The notes under the pieces were generated by a model. The model searched no databases, was not told the origin of the DNA, and worked only from the letters and a program-made list of their open reading frames with translations. A DNA stretch of 36,702 bases from Minisyncoccia bacterium (GTDB lineage Bacteria; Patescibacteriota; Minisyncoccia; UBA6257): assembly GCA_049699995.1 (NCBI GenBank), contig JBNAWD010000001.1:28831-65532 (forward strand), read 5' to 3'. Positions within the stretch are counted from its first letter, which is position 1. The number at the start of each line of letters is the position of its first letter. This document shows positions 26,459 to 35,141 of this stretch, in pieces. A program made the translations under genes and the position numbers.

Positions 26459-27889
26459 ATGATTAATTTTTCAAACATTAAAAAAATCCATTTTCTCGGC
26501 ATTGGCGGAGCGGGAATGATTCCTTTAGTTAACTTATTTAAAGAAAGAGATAAAAATTTAAAAATCAGCGGATCCGATATTAAAGATTTTCCTTTAAGGA
26601 AAAAATTAGAAAGAAAGGGGATAAAAATTTATTTGTCTCATAAAAAAGAAAATATTTCTAAAGCTGATTTAGTAGTTTATTCTTCAGCCATTAAGGAAAA
26701 TAATATTGAGTTAAAAGAAGCCAAGAAACAAAAAATTCCTATCTTTCATCGTTTTGATGCTCTTTTAGAATTACTAAAAGAGAAAAAAATTATTGCTGTT
26801 AGCGGTTCTCATGGAAAAAGCACCACCACTGCTTTATTGGGATATCTTTTAATTAAATCCGGTCTTCAACCAACAATTTATTTAGGAGCAAAAACAAAAT
26901 ACTGGCCTTTTGGCAGTCACTGGGGAAAAGGGGAGTATGCTATTATTGAAACAGATGAACATGATGCTTCTTTTTTGAAAACTCCAGCTTATTATTCAAT
27001 AATTTTAAATGTTGACAATGATCATTTAGATCCTTATGGCCCTTTTTTGGGAAAATTTGATTTACTAAAAAAAGCCTTTTTAGAATTCGCCTTAAAAACA
27101 AAAAATAAATGTGTCATTAATCTTGACGATTCATTTCTAAAAACATTTCTGGCAAAAAAGAAACTAAAAACTAAAGTTTTAACTTATAGCTTAAAAAATA
27201 AAAAAGCTACTCTTCTGGCGAAAAATATTAAAACCTTGCCTTTTTCTTTAAAAAGAAATTATATTAGTTTGGCGGATATTTATCACAACAATAAAACATA
27301 TCAATTAAAGTTAAAATTGCCATCTTCTATCAATATCTCTAATGCTTTAGCGGTTTTAAATATCGCTCTATTATTAAATATTCCTTTGAGAAAAAGCTTA
27401 AAAATAATTCAAAATTTTTTCCCAGTAAAAAGAAGATTTGAAATTTTTCCCTATAAAAGAATCACTATTGTTGATGATTATGCCCATCATCCCCAAGAAG
27501 TTCTGGCTACTTTAAAAATAGCCCAAAAACTATTTCCTCATAGAAGAATTATCGTTGTTTTTGAACCCCATCGTTTTTCTCGAGTTGCCCTTCTTTATAA
27601 AGATTTTGCAAAAATCTTTAAAAATTGTGACTTTTTATTCCTTTTAGAAATCGACTCGGCTGGCGAGATTAACTTTGACTCTATTTCTTCGCAATTAATC
27701 CTAAAAGAAATAATTAAAAATGGATATTTACCATTAAAAAAATTAAAGTTAACTAATTATGAAGATATAGAAAAAGAAATTTTTGATAAAATAAAAAAGA
27801 ACGATGTTCTTATTTTTATTGGTCCTGGCAAAATAGGAAATTTCGTAATAAACTTTAGAAAAAAATACAAAAATATTTTAAATTCTTAA
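26459..27889 (+). CDS. murC: UDP-N-acetylmuramate--L-alanine ligase
   Basis: GIGGAGM, SGSD, GSHGKSTTT, ETDEHDASF, RRFE, DDYAHHP, FEPHRFSR. Confidence 0.95.
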   Translation: MINFSNIKKIHFLGIGGAGMIPLVNLFKERDKNLKISGSDIKDFPLRKKLERKGIKIYLSHKKENISKADLVVYSSAIKENNIELKEAKKQKIPIFHRFDALLELLKEKKIIAVSGSHGKSTTTALLGYLLIKSGLQPTIYLGAKTKYWPFGSHWGKGEYAIIETDEHDASFLKTPAYYSIILNVDNDHLDPYGPFLGKFDLLKKAFLEFALKTKNKCVINLDDSFLKTFLAKKKLKTKVLTYSLKNKKATLLAKNIKTLPFSLKRNYISLADIYHNNKTYQLKLKLPSSINISNALAVLNIALLLNIPLRKSLKIIQNFFPVKRRFEIFPYKRITIVDDYAHHPQEVLATLKIAQKLFPHRRIIVVFEPHRFSRVALLYKDFAKIFKNCDFLFLLEIDSAGEINFDSISSQLILKEIIKNGYLPLKKLKLTNYEDIEKEIFDKIKKNDVLIFIGPGKIGNFVINFRKKYKNILNS

Positions 27890-27891
27890 TT

Positions 27892-28926
27892 ATGAATCTA
27901 TCTGAATTTGATTATCCTTTAGATAAAAATTTAATAGCTCAAGAACCAATAACCCCTAGAGATCATTCTCGTCTTTTAATTTTAGATAGGAAAAGAAAAA
28001 CTATTGAGCATAAATATTTTTATCAAATTATTGATTATTTGGATAAAAATGATGTTTTGGTCTTAAATGATTCAAAAGTTATTCCCGCAAAAATAGCAGG
28101 AAAAACAGAAAATAGTTCAAAAGAGATTTTGATTGTTAAACCATTAGAAGAATTAAAGTTCTTTTCTAATCATTGGCCATCGAAATGGCTAGTTTTAGGG
28201 AAAAAATTAAAAGAAGGCCAAAAAATCACTTTTTCAAAAAATTTAGAAGGAATCATCATTGAAAAGAGAGGGTATGAATCTATTATTGAATTTAATCAAG
28301 AAGGCAAAAATTTAAAAACAAATCTTTTAAAATTAGGAAAAATGCCCCTTCCACCTTATATTAAAAATCCAACTATTAAATCGTTTTTAAAATATCAAAC
28401 TATTTATGCTAAAAAATTAGGCTCTATTGCTGCTCCAACAGCGGGCTTTCATTTTACCAAAAGGTTATTAAAAAAAATCCAAAAAAAGGGAGTCACAATT
28501 ACTTATATTACTCTTCATGTGGGTTTAGGCACTTTTTTGCCAATTAAAGAAGAAAAAATCGAAAACCACAAAATGGCAAAAGAATGCTTTATCATTACTA
28601 AAAAAACTGCCTCTATTTTAAACAAAGCCAAAAAAGAAGGAAAACGAATAATTGCAGTGGGAACAACGGTTACCAGAACACTGGAATCAGCCACGGAAAA
28701 AGGAATTTTAAAACCAAAAATAGGCTATACCGACCTTTTTATCTACCCAGGATATAAATTTAAATTTATTGACGCTTTAATTACTAATTTTCACTTACCC
28801 AAATCCACCCCCTTGCTTTTGGTCTGCGCTTTCGCTTCTAAAGAGTTAATTTTAAAAGCCTATCAAGAAGCCCAAAAAAGAAAATATCGTTTTTATTCCT
28901 TTGGTGATGCAATGTTTATTATTTAA
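27892..28926 (+). CDS. queA: SAM:tRNA ribosyltransferase-isomerase
   Basis: IAQEP, PLPPYI, AAPTAGFHF, LHVGLGTF, VGTT, TNFHLPKST, YRFYSFGDAM. Confidence 0.97.
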   Translation: MNLSEFDYPLDKNLIAQEPITPRDHSRLLILDRKRKTIEHKYFYQIIDYLDKNDVLVLNDSKVIPAKIAGKTENSSKEILIVKPLEELKFFSNHWPSKWLVLGKKLKEGQKITFSKNLEGIIIEKRGYESIIEFNQEGKNLKTNLLKLGKMPLPPYIKNPTIKSFLKYQTIYAKKLGSIAAPTAGFHFTKRLLKKIQKKGVTITYITLHVGLGTFLPIKEEKIENHKMAKECFIITKKTASILNKAKKEGKRIIAVGTTVTRTLESATEKGILKPKIGYTDLFIYPGYKFKFIDALITNFHLPKSTPLLLVCAFASKELILKAYQEAQKRKYRFYSFGDAMFII

Positions 28927-28937
28927 TACCATAGAAT

Positions 28938-30068
28938 ATGTTTCAATTAATAAAGAAATCAAAATTTGGCCGAATTGCTAAAATCACCACTCCTCACGGA
29001 ATAATAGAAACTCCTGTTTTTATGCCTCCGGCAACAAAAGGTTATATTAAAAGTTTAGATTCTCAAGACTTAGAAAATCTTGGTTTAAACATTATCCTCG
29101 TTAACGCCCTTCATTTACACTTTAAACCAGGGGAAAGATTAATTAAAAAAATGGGTGGAATCCATAAATTTATGAATTGGAAAAAAGCAATCCTTTCTGA
29201 TTCAGGAGGATTCCAAGCATGGAGTTTTCAAAGGAAAGAAAAAAATTATTCCAAAGTCAATAATCAAGGAATTTATTTTATTTCTCCTTATGACGGCTCT
29301 ACTTCCTTTGTTAGTCCGGAAAAATCAATTGATATCCAGCTTAAACTAAAGGTTGATATTTTGATGGCTTTTGATGAATGTTCTCCTGATACTTTAGACA
29401 AAAGAAAAATTGAGGGATCTTTAGAAAGAACTCACCAATGGGCTTTAAGATCTTTTTCTTGCTTTCAAAAATCAATTTCTTCCAAAAAGAAAAGACCTTT
29501 ACTTTTTGGAATAGTTCAGGGAGGACCATTTAAAGATTTAAGAATTAAGTCTTTAAAATTTATTAATGATATTGATTTTGACGGCATTGCTTTAGGGGGA
29601 GAAACTATTGGTTTTAATTTTCCAAAAACATTGAAAATTCTAAAATGGCTTTCTCCTTATATTGACCAAAAAAGACCTTTGTATACAATGGGGGCTGGTG
29701 GATATCCGCAAAATGTTCTCGATTTAATTTCAAACAATGTTGATATGTTTGATTGCGTTAATCCTACTCGGCTAGCTCGTCATGGCGCTTTATTTACGGG
29801 TAAAATTGTTTATAAAAATAAGCAGTTAAAATTTGTCTCGAATTATAAAAACGGAATTTTGAAAATTAACCAATCAAAATTTAAAAATGACTTAAATAAA
29901 ATTGATAAAAACTGCGATTGCTTTACTTGTCAAAACTATACTCGAGCCTATTTAAGATATTTATACCTTCAGAAAGAACCTCTTTTCGCCCGACTCGCCT
30001 CTATTCATAATTTAAGATTTATGGTAAAATTAATAGAAGAAATAAAAAGCTATATTTATGGAAGTTAG
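28938..30068 (+). CDS. tgt: tRNA-guanine transglycosylase
   Basis: DSGGFQ, FDEC, GIVQGG, DMFDCV.PTR.ARHG, CDCFTC...H Zn site. Confidence 0.95.
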   Translation: MFQLIKKSKFGRIAKITTPHGIIETPVFMPPATKGYIKSLDSQDLENLGLNIILVNALHLHFKPGERLIKKMGGIHKFMNWKKAILSDSGGFQAWSFQRKEKNYSKVNNQGIYFISPYDGSTSFVSPEKSIDIQLKLKVDILMAFDECSPDTLDKRKIEGSLERTHQWALRSFSCFQKSISSKKKRPLLFGIVQGGPFKDLRIKSLKFINDIDFDGIALGGETIGFNFPKTLKILKWLSPYIDQKRPLYTMGAGGYPQNVLDLISNNVDMFDCVNPTRLARHGALFTGKIVYKNKQLKFVSNYKNGILKINQSKFKNDLNKIDKNCDCFTCQNYTRAYLRYLYLQKEPLFARLASIHNLRFMVKLIEEIKSYIYGS

Positions 30069-30981
30069 AGATTTAATTATTTTGGGCGGTGGCCCAGCTG
30101 GTTTAACTTCTGCTATTTATGCTGGCCGAGCTCTACTTGATACTTTAGTTATCACCGAAGGGATTACTTCTTCTCAATTATTTTTATCAACTGGCGTTGA
30201 GGATTATCCGGGTTTTCCAGAGATTATTTCCGGTTATGAACTATTAAAATCTATGGAAAAACAAGCAAAAAAATTTCAGATAGATTTTTTAGAAAAAAAA
30301 GCTATTGCTGTTGATCTAAAAGTTCATCCTTATAAAGTTATAACCGAAGATCAAAAAGAGCATTTCTCAAAATCGATCATTATTGCCACTGGCGCCTCTC
30401 ATAAACTTTTAGGTCTAGAAAAAGAAAAAGATTTTATTGGTAAAGGAATATCTGTTTGCGCTATCTGCGATGGTTTTTTTTATAAAGACAAAATAGTAGC
30501 CGTCATAGGCGGAGGTGATTCAGCGGTAAAAGAGGCAATTTATTTGTCAAAATACGCGCAAAAGGTTTATCTGATTTATAGAAGCAAAGAATTAAAAGCT
30601 GCCCCTGTCCTTCAAAAAAGATTAACAAAGGAAAAAAATATAGAACCTATATCTCCTTATGAAGTGATAAAATTAATAGGGGAAAAAACATTAGAAAAGA
30701 TAATTATCAAAAACAAAGAAACAGAGGAAGAAAAAGAAATCAAAATAGATGGAATGTTTTTAGCTATTGGTTCTAAACCAAATACTGATTTATTCAAAGA
30801 CCAACTCGAGCTATTACCTTCAGGTCATATAAAAACTTATGATTTAGTAAAAACCCAAAAAGAAGGAGTTTTTGCCGCCGGAGAAGTAATGGACCCATTC
30901 TATCGCCAAGCCATAACTTCTTGCGGTTTTGGAGCTATCGCTGCCTTGGAAGCAGAAAAATGGTTAAAGAATTATCAATAG
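30058..30981 (+). CDS. trxB: Thioredoxin reductase
   Basis: GGGPAG, IIATGA, CAICDG, GGGDSA, GVFAAG. Confidence 0.95.
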   Translation: MEVRDLIILGGGPAGLTSAIYAGRALLDTLVITEGITSSQLFLSTGVEDYPGFPEIISGYELLKSMEKQAKKFQIDFLEKKAIAVDLKVHPYKVITEDQKEHFSKSIIIATGASHKLLGLEKEKDFIGKGISVCAICDGFFYKDKIVAVIGGGDSAVKEAIYLSKYAQKVYLIYRSKELKAAPVLQKRLTKEKNIEPISPYEVIKLIGEKTLEKIIIKNKETEEEKEIKIDGMFLAIGSKPNTDLFKDQLELLPSGHIKTYDLVKTQKEGVFAAGEVMDPFYRQAITSCGFGAIAALEAEKWLKNYQ

Positions 30982-31538
30982 AAAAAGAAAACTATCTATT
31001 ACTTCATTGTTGTTGCGCAATTTGCGCTTTGCCGATTATAGAATACTTAAAAAGAAAAGAGAAAAAAATAGTTCTTTATTTTTATAATCCCAATATTTAT
31101 CCTAAAAAGGAATACTTAAAAAGATTTAAAGAATTACAAAAATTATCAAAAATTTATAAAATAAAAGTAGGAAAAGGCAAGTATGAACATCGAAAATGGC
31201 TAGAATATTTAAAAAATAATTTAAAATTCCCGCCTGAAAATTACCCAGAAAATAGTCTTAGATGTCAAAAATGCTTTGAATTAAGGTTAACTCAAACAGT
31301 AAAACATTGCTTAAAAAGAGGATACAAAGAATGGTCAACCACTTTATCAGTAAATAGATTCAAAGACACCAATTTTATTAATCAATTTGCAAAAACTATT
31401 TCCGAAAAAAATAATTTAGTATACTTTCAAATTAATTTAGAAGCTAATAAAGCTTTCCAAAAAGGAAGAGAATTGTCAAAAAAATACAATCTTTATCGTC
31501 AAAAATATTGCGGTTGCGAATTTTCTTTAAAAAAATGA
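30960..31538 (+). CDS. queH: Epoxyqueuosine reductase QueH
   Basis: LLLHCCCAIC, FYNPNIYP..EY, RC..CF..RL, TTL, YRQKYCGCEFS; ATG 30960 preferred. Confidence 0.92.
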   Translation: MVKELSIEKENYLLLHCCCAICALPIIEYLKRKEKKIVLYFYNPNIYPKKEYLKRFKELQKLSKIYKIKVGKGKYEHRKWLEYLKNNLKFPPENYPENSLRCQKCFELRLTQTVKHCLKRGYKEWSTTLSVNRFKDTNFINQFAKTISEKNNLVYFQINLEANKAFQKGRELSKKYNLYRQKYCGCEFSLKK

Positions 31539-32038
31539 AAAAAATGAAAAAGGAAAAAAATTTTAAAATTAAACTTTTAAAAAGACAAACATTTCTAAAA
31601 ATGCTAAGAAATTCCTGTGGGTCTTGTTTGTGGCGAAATAATTATGGGGTTATTAATAATAAAAAAGTTGATTTAACAGAAAACGGAAACCTATCTTGCG
31701 CATTTTTTGTTTCTTCGATATTAAAAATATTTAATCTTATTAGCGAGATTCATTTAACAGTTAATTCAACAGAAAAAGATTTAATAAATAATGGCTGGCA
31801 AGAAATTAATGCCTCAAAGAATATGCCTGAAGGAACAATATTAATCTGGGAAGAAAAAGAAGAATATAATCCTATAAAAAAAAGAAGAGAATCTCATTCT
31901 CATATTGGTTTTTACCTTAGTCGAGAAAAAGCCATTAGTATGAGTTCAGAAAATGGTTTTCCAATAATCCATCATTATACTTACGAAGAAAAAAAGAAAA
32001 TTGCTAAAGCCTATATTCATAATTTTTTACAGAAATGA
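31535..32038 (+). CDS. Hypothetical protein, possible NlpC/P60-like Cys-His hydrolase
   Basis: LSCAFFVS, G.ILIW, HIGFY; ATGA overlap with queH. Confidence 0.55.
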   Translation: MKKMKKEKNFKIKLLKRQTFLKMLRNSCGSCLWRNNYGVINNKKVDLTENGNLSCAFFVSSILKIFNLISEIHLTVNSTEKDLINNGWQEINASKNMPEGTILIWEEKEEYNPIKKRRESHSHIGFYLSREKAISMSSENGFPIIHHYTYEEKKKIAKAYIHNFLQK

Positions 32039-32979
32039 AACTTTTAATTAAAACATTGAATATAAAAAAATTCTTTCTAATAACAGGAATATCTTGTCTC
32101 ATTCTATTTTTTTTAATTAATCATTTTACTTATAGTTTTACAAATACTAACCAATCTGAAGAATATTTTGAGGTAATTATTTCTGACCAATTATCTCTAA
32201 CAAAAGATTTATCTGAAAAAGAAAATATTTTTCTAAACCTTGATCCCTTATCAATTATAGTTGTTTCTAGCGAAAAATATCCCTCTGTTTCTTTTTATTT
32301 AGAAAATTCTTCCAAAAATTCAATATTACTTTTCGAAAAAGATATTAAGCCAGGAGTTAATATTTATCCTTTAAATTTTCTTTTAGTGCCGGATGTTTAC
32401 AATGTAAAGATCAAAATAACAGAAAATAAAATTTACACTCAAAAATTCTTTGTTAAAAATTCATTTTTAAAATACCAATCTTTTTATCCTTTTAAAATTC
32501 AGTTCTTTTACCCTAATTGGCAAGTTTTAGACCCAGAAACTATTGAAAAAATCTACCAAAACCTTTTTCAAGATCAATTTAAAAAAATAGGGGAAGGAGT
32601 TAAAGTGCTGTTGTTAACAAAAGATAAAAATAATGCTCAATTTGCGGTCTTTATAAAAGAGATAGATGATTCAAAAAATGACTTAAATTTAAAAAATTAC
32701 TCGGAAAAATTAGCCGAACTTGAAGCCGAAGCTCTTAAACATTTTGACTTTATTCAAGAATATAAAATATTAAATAAAAATTTTACAGATAAAGAAGGCA
32801 CTTATCAAACGGAAATTCTTTCTCAAGGTATAAATTACCTCATTGTTTCTAAATCTATTTTGTTGAAAAATTTTCTTAATCAAAAATCATTATTAATTTT
32901 GAATTTTACTTTCCCGAAGCAATATTCTCTCTATTATCAACCTTTTATTGATTATATATTTAATGAAATTTCTTACTAG
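32035..32979 (+). CDS. Hypothetical membrane-anchored exported protein (possible PsbP-like C-terminal domain)
   Basis: N-terminal TM, FFYPNW motif; ATGA-coupled to the upstream gene. Confidence 0.55.
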   Translation: MKLLIKTLNIKKFFLITGISCLILFFLINHFTYSFTNTNQSEEYFEVIISDQLSLTKDLSEKENIFLNLDPLSIIVVSSEKYPSVSFYLENSSKNSILLFEKDIKPGVNIYPLNFLLVPDVYNVKIKITENKIYTQKFFVKNSFLKYQSFYPFKIQFFYPNWQVLDPETIEKIYQNLFQDQFKKIGEGVKVLLLTKDKNNAQFAVFIKEIDDSKNDLNLKNYSEKLAELEAEALKHFDFIQEYKILNKNFTDKEGTYQTEILSQGINYLIVSKSILLKNFLNQKSLLILNFTFPKQYSLYYQPFIDYIFNEISY

Positions 32980-33385
32980 TTGTTTTAAGTTTTTGAACAG
33001 ATCTCATAATCACTTTAAAAGTTAAATTTTCAATAGGTAGATATTTATAAAGCAAATTGATAACTTTTTTCTCATCAAAATTTCGACAAGAATAAATATC
33101 ATAAGCAATATAATTTTCTTCTGGCCAACTATGGCAAGAAATATGAGACTCTTCTAAAATACAAAAAGCGGTAATGCCTCCTTTTCCCTTTTTTCCTTTT
33201 CTTCCTTTAATATTTCTCTTGATTTTTATCAGGCTTGGGAATTGATAAAGAATGATAGGCAAAACCGCTTTCATTTCTATCTCTTTAATAATTATTTTAA
33301 AAAACTTTCTGGTAAATTTTTTATCTGAAAGTTTATCAGGTTTTTTCGTTAAAACATCAATAACCAAATGCTTACCTTGCTCCAT
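32960..33385 (-). CDS. speD: S-adenosylmethionine decarboxylase family proenzyme
   Basis: GKHL..D, GIT...LEE|SHISCHSWPE, DIYSC. Confidence 0.88.
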   Translation of the reverse strand: MEQGKHLVIDVLTKKPDKLSDKKFTRKFFKIIIKEIEMKAVLPIILYQFPSLIKIKRNIKGRKGKKGKGGITAFCILEESHISCHSWPEENYIAYDIYSCRNFDEKKVINLLYKYLPIENLTFKVIMRSVQKLKTTSKKFH

Positions 33386-33449
33386 AATTTTTATTTAATT
33401 TAATGAAATGGATGAAAGATCATAATTAAATTTTAATTTTTTATTTATA

Positions 33450-33478
33450 ATAATAGAAAAATATAAAAAATTTGTCAA
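33450..33478 (-). promoter_or_regulatory. Promoter for speD
   Basis: TTGACA-17-TATTAT. Confidence 0.6.
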
Positions 33479-33507
33479 TAAATAAGCGGCCCCATAGGAC
33501 CGCTTAT
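33476..33507 (-). terminator. Intrinsic terminator
   Basis: ATAAGCGGTCC-TATG-GGGCCGCTTAT followed by TTATT on the minus strand. Confidence 0.7.
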
Positions 33508-34010
33508 AAACAATAAGAAAATTTTTCTTTAACAAGGCATCTTTTTATTATTTTTTTGGACCTTCTTAAAATTTTTTTAAATTCTTCCTCGTCAAGACTA
33601 ACATTATGTTTCTTCTCAAGCTTTTTTAAAAAGAAAACCAAGAAATCTTCTTCATTTAAGGATTCTAAGGCTATGTTGTATTCTCTTTCCAATCTTTTTA
33701 AAACCAGTATTATCTTTGGCCATCTTTTTATTTCTTCTTTTATTTTTAATTTTATTTTTTCTAAAATATTATCTTTTGATTCTAATAGACAATCTTGAAT
33801 CTCATCAATCTCACATTCAGAAAAAACACACCTTAATATATCTTGAAGAAAAGTCTCATCATCTATTGCAATTAAAAAAGGTGTTTTACCCGCTATTCTA
33901 AAATAAATATGAACTAAAGTTATATCAACGATCTTTTTTAAAAAAACTAAAACTTTTTTCACTAAATCTGTTCTCTTCTTTCCTTCCAGGTTATTTCTTG
34001 TCCTAAACAT
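33504..34010 (-). CDS. Hypothetical helical protein (168 aa)
   Basis: Start reassigned to ATG 34010 (MFRTRN...) after SD AAAGGGGG; the longer ORF call overlaps its own promoter and amrS. Confidence 0.68.
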   Translation of the reverse strand: MFRTRNNLEGKKRTDLVKKVLVFLKKIVDITLVHIYFRIAGKTPFLIAIDDETFLQDILRCVFSECEIDEIQDCLLESKDNILEKIKLKIKEEIKRWPKIILVLKRLEREYNIALESLNEEDFLVFFLKKLEKKHNVSLDEEEFKKILRRSKKIIKRCLVKEKFSYCL

Positions 34011-34017
34011 TTTTATT

Positions 34018-34069
34018 CCCCCTTTCAAAGGACTTCTACTATTATAATCAAAAAACCATTTCTTGGCAA
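34018..34069 (-). promoter_or_regulatory. Promoter, boxA-like motif and SD
   Basis: TTGCCA-17-TATAAT, then AAGTCCTTTGAAAGGGGG. Confidence 0.6.
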
Positions 34070-34118
34070 GGCGCCTATTTCTTTCAGTCATAATAAATGT
34101 TATAATAGACTTATTGAA

Positions 34119-35138
34119 ATGGGGAAAGCACTCTTCTATAAAAAACCAAAAAAAGATTTTATTCAATGTTTAGCCTGCTATCATTTCTGCCTTATAGAAA
34201 AGGGGGGAAGAGGTTTTTGCGGGGTAAGAAAAAATCATAATGGAAAATTAAAACTGTTAGTTAAAAATAAACCCATTGCTATTAATATTGACCCAATAGA
34301 GAAAAAGCCTCTTTTTCATTTTTCACCCGGGGAAAAAGCTTTCTCTTTGGGAACATTGGGTTGTAATTTTTCTTGTGAATTCTGTCAAAATTGGGATATT
34401 TCTCAAGAACCAAAAAATAAAGACGAAAAATCTATTTATTGGGGAGAAAACTGGCCCCCCAAGAAAATAATTGATTACTGTCAAAAAAATGATTTAAAAG
34501 TTATTGCCTATACTTATAATGAACCCACTATCTGGGTCGAATATGCCCTTGAGATAATGAAAAGAGCAAAAAAGAAAAAAATAAAAAATGTTTGGGTTTC
34601 CAATGGATTTATGAGCGAAAAAACAATAAAAGAGATGGCGCCTTATCTAGATGCAATCAATATTGATTTAAAAAGTTTTTCTGATGAATTTTATCAAAAA
34701 ATTTGTCAAGGAAAACTTACACCGGTAAAAGAAAATATCCGAAAAATATATCAATTAGGAATTTGGGTAGAAATTACTACTTTGATTATTCCTGGTCTTA
34801 ATGACTCGGAAAATGAAATAAAAGAAATCGCCAACTTTTTAAAAAGCATTTCTCCAAATATAGTGTGGCATCTCTCTGCTTTTTATCCCGCTTATAAAAT
34901 GCTTGATCATAAAATTACTCCGACAGAAATTCTTTTTAAAGCCTATCAGATTGGAAAAGAAGCAGGGTTAAAATATATTTATACCGGGAATATCCCTAAT
35001 TTAGAAACCGAAAGCACATATTGCCCAAATTGTCAAAAAATGGTAATCCAAAGATTAGGGATTCAATTAATAGAGAATAAATTAATAAAAAATAAATGCC
35101 CTTTTTGTGGTTATAAAATAGAAGGAATTTTTGAATAA
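34119..35138 (+). CDS. amrS: AmmeMemoRadiSam system radical SAM enzyme
   Basis: CLAC...C......G.CGVR, DPIEKKPLFHF, GCNFSCEFCQNW, YTYNEP, C-terminal CPNC/CPFC. Confidence 0.95.
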   Translation: MGKALFYKKPKKDFIQCLACYHFCLIEKGGRGFCGVRKNHNGKLKLLVKNKPIAINIDPIEKKPLFHFSPGEKAFSLGTLGCNFSCEFCQNWDISQEPKNKDEKSIYWGENWPPKKIIDYCQKNDLKVIAYTYNEPTIWVEYALEIMKRAKKKKIKNVWVSNGFMSEKTIKEMAPYLDAINIDLKSFSDEFYQKICQGKLTPVKENIRKIYQLGIWVEITTLIIPGLNDSENEIKEIANFLKSISPNIVWHLSAFYPAYKMLDHKITPTEILFKAYQIGKEAGLKYIYTGNIPNLETESTYCPNCQKMVIQRLGIQLIENKLIKNKCPFCGYKIEGIFE

Positions 35139-35141
35139 AAT

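Noticed and set aside
2323-33901. Short nested or antisense ORFs (2323, 3130, 6283, 7555, 10139, 11397, 12525, 18746, 20706, 23157, 23976, 29341, 33556, 33716)
   Set aside because: They lie within or across better-supported genes and have no recognisable motifs.
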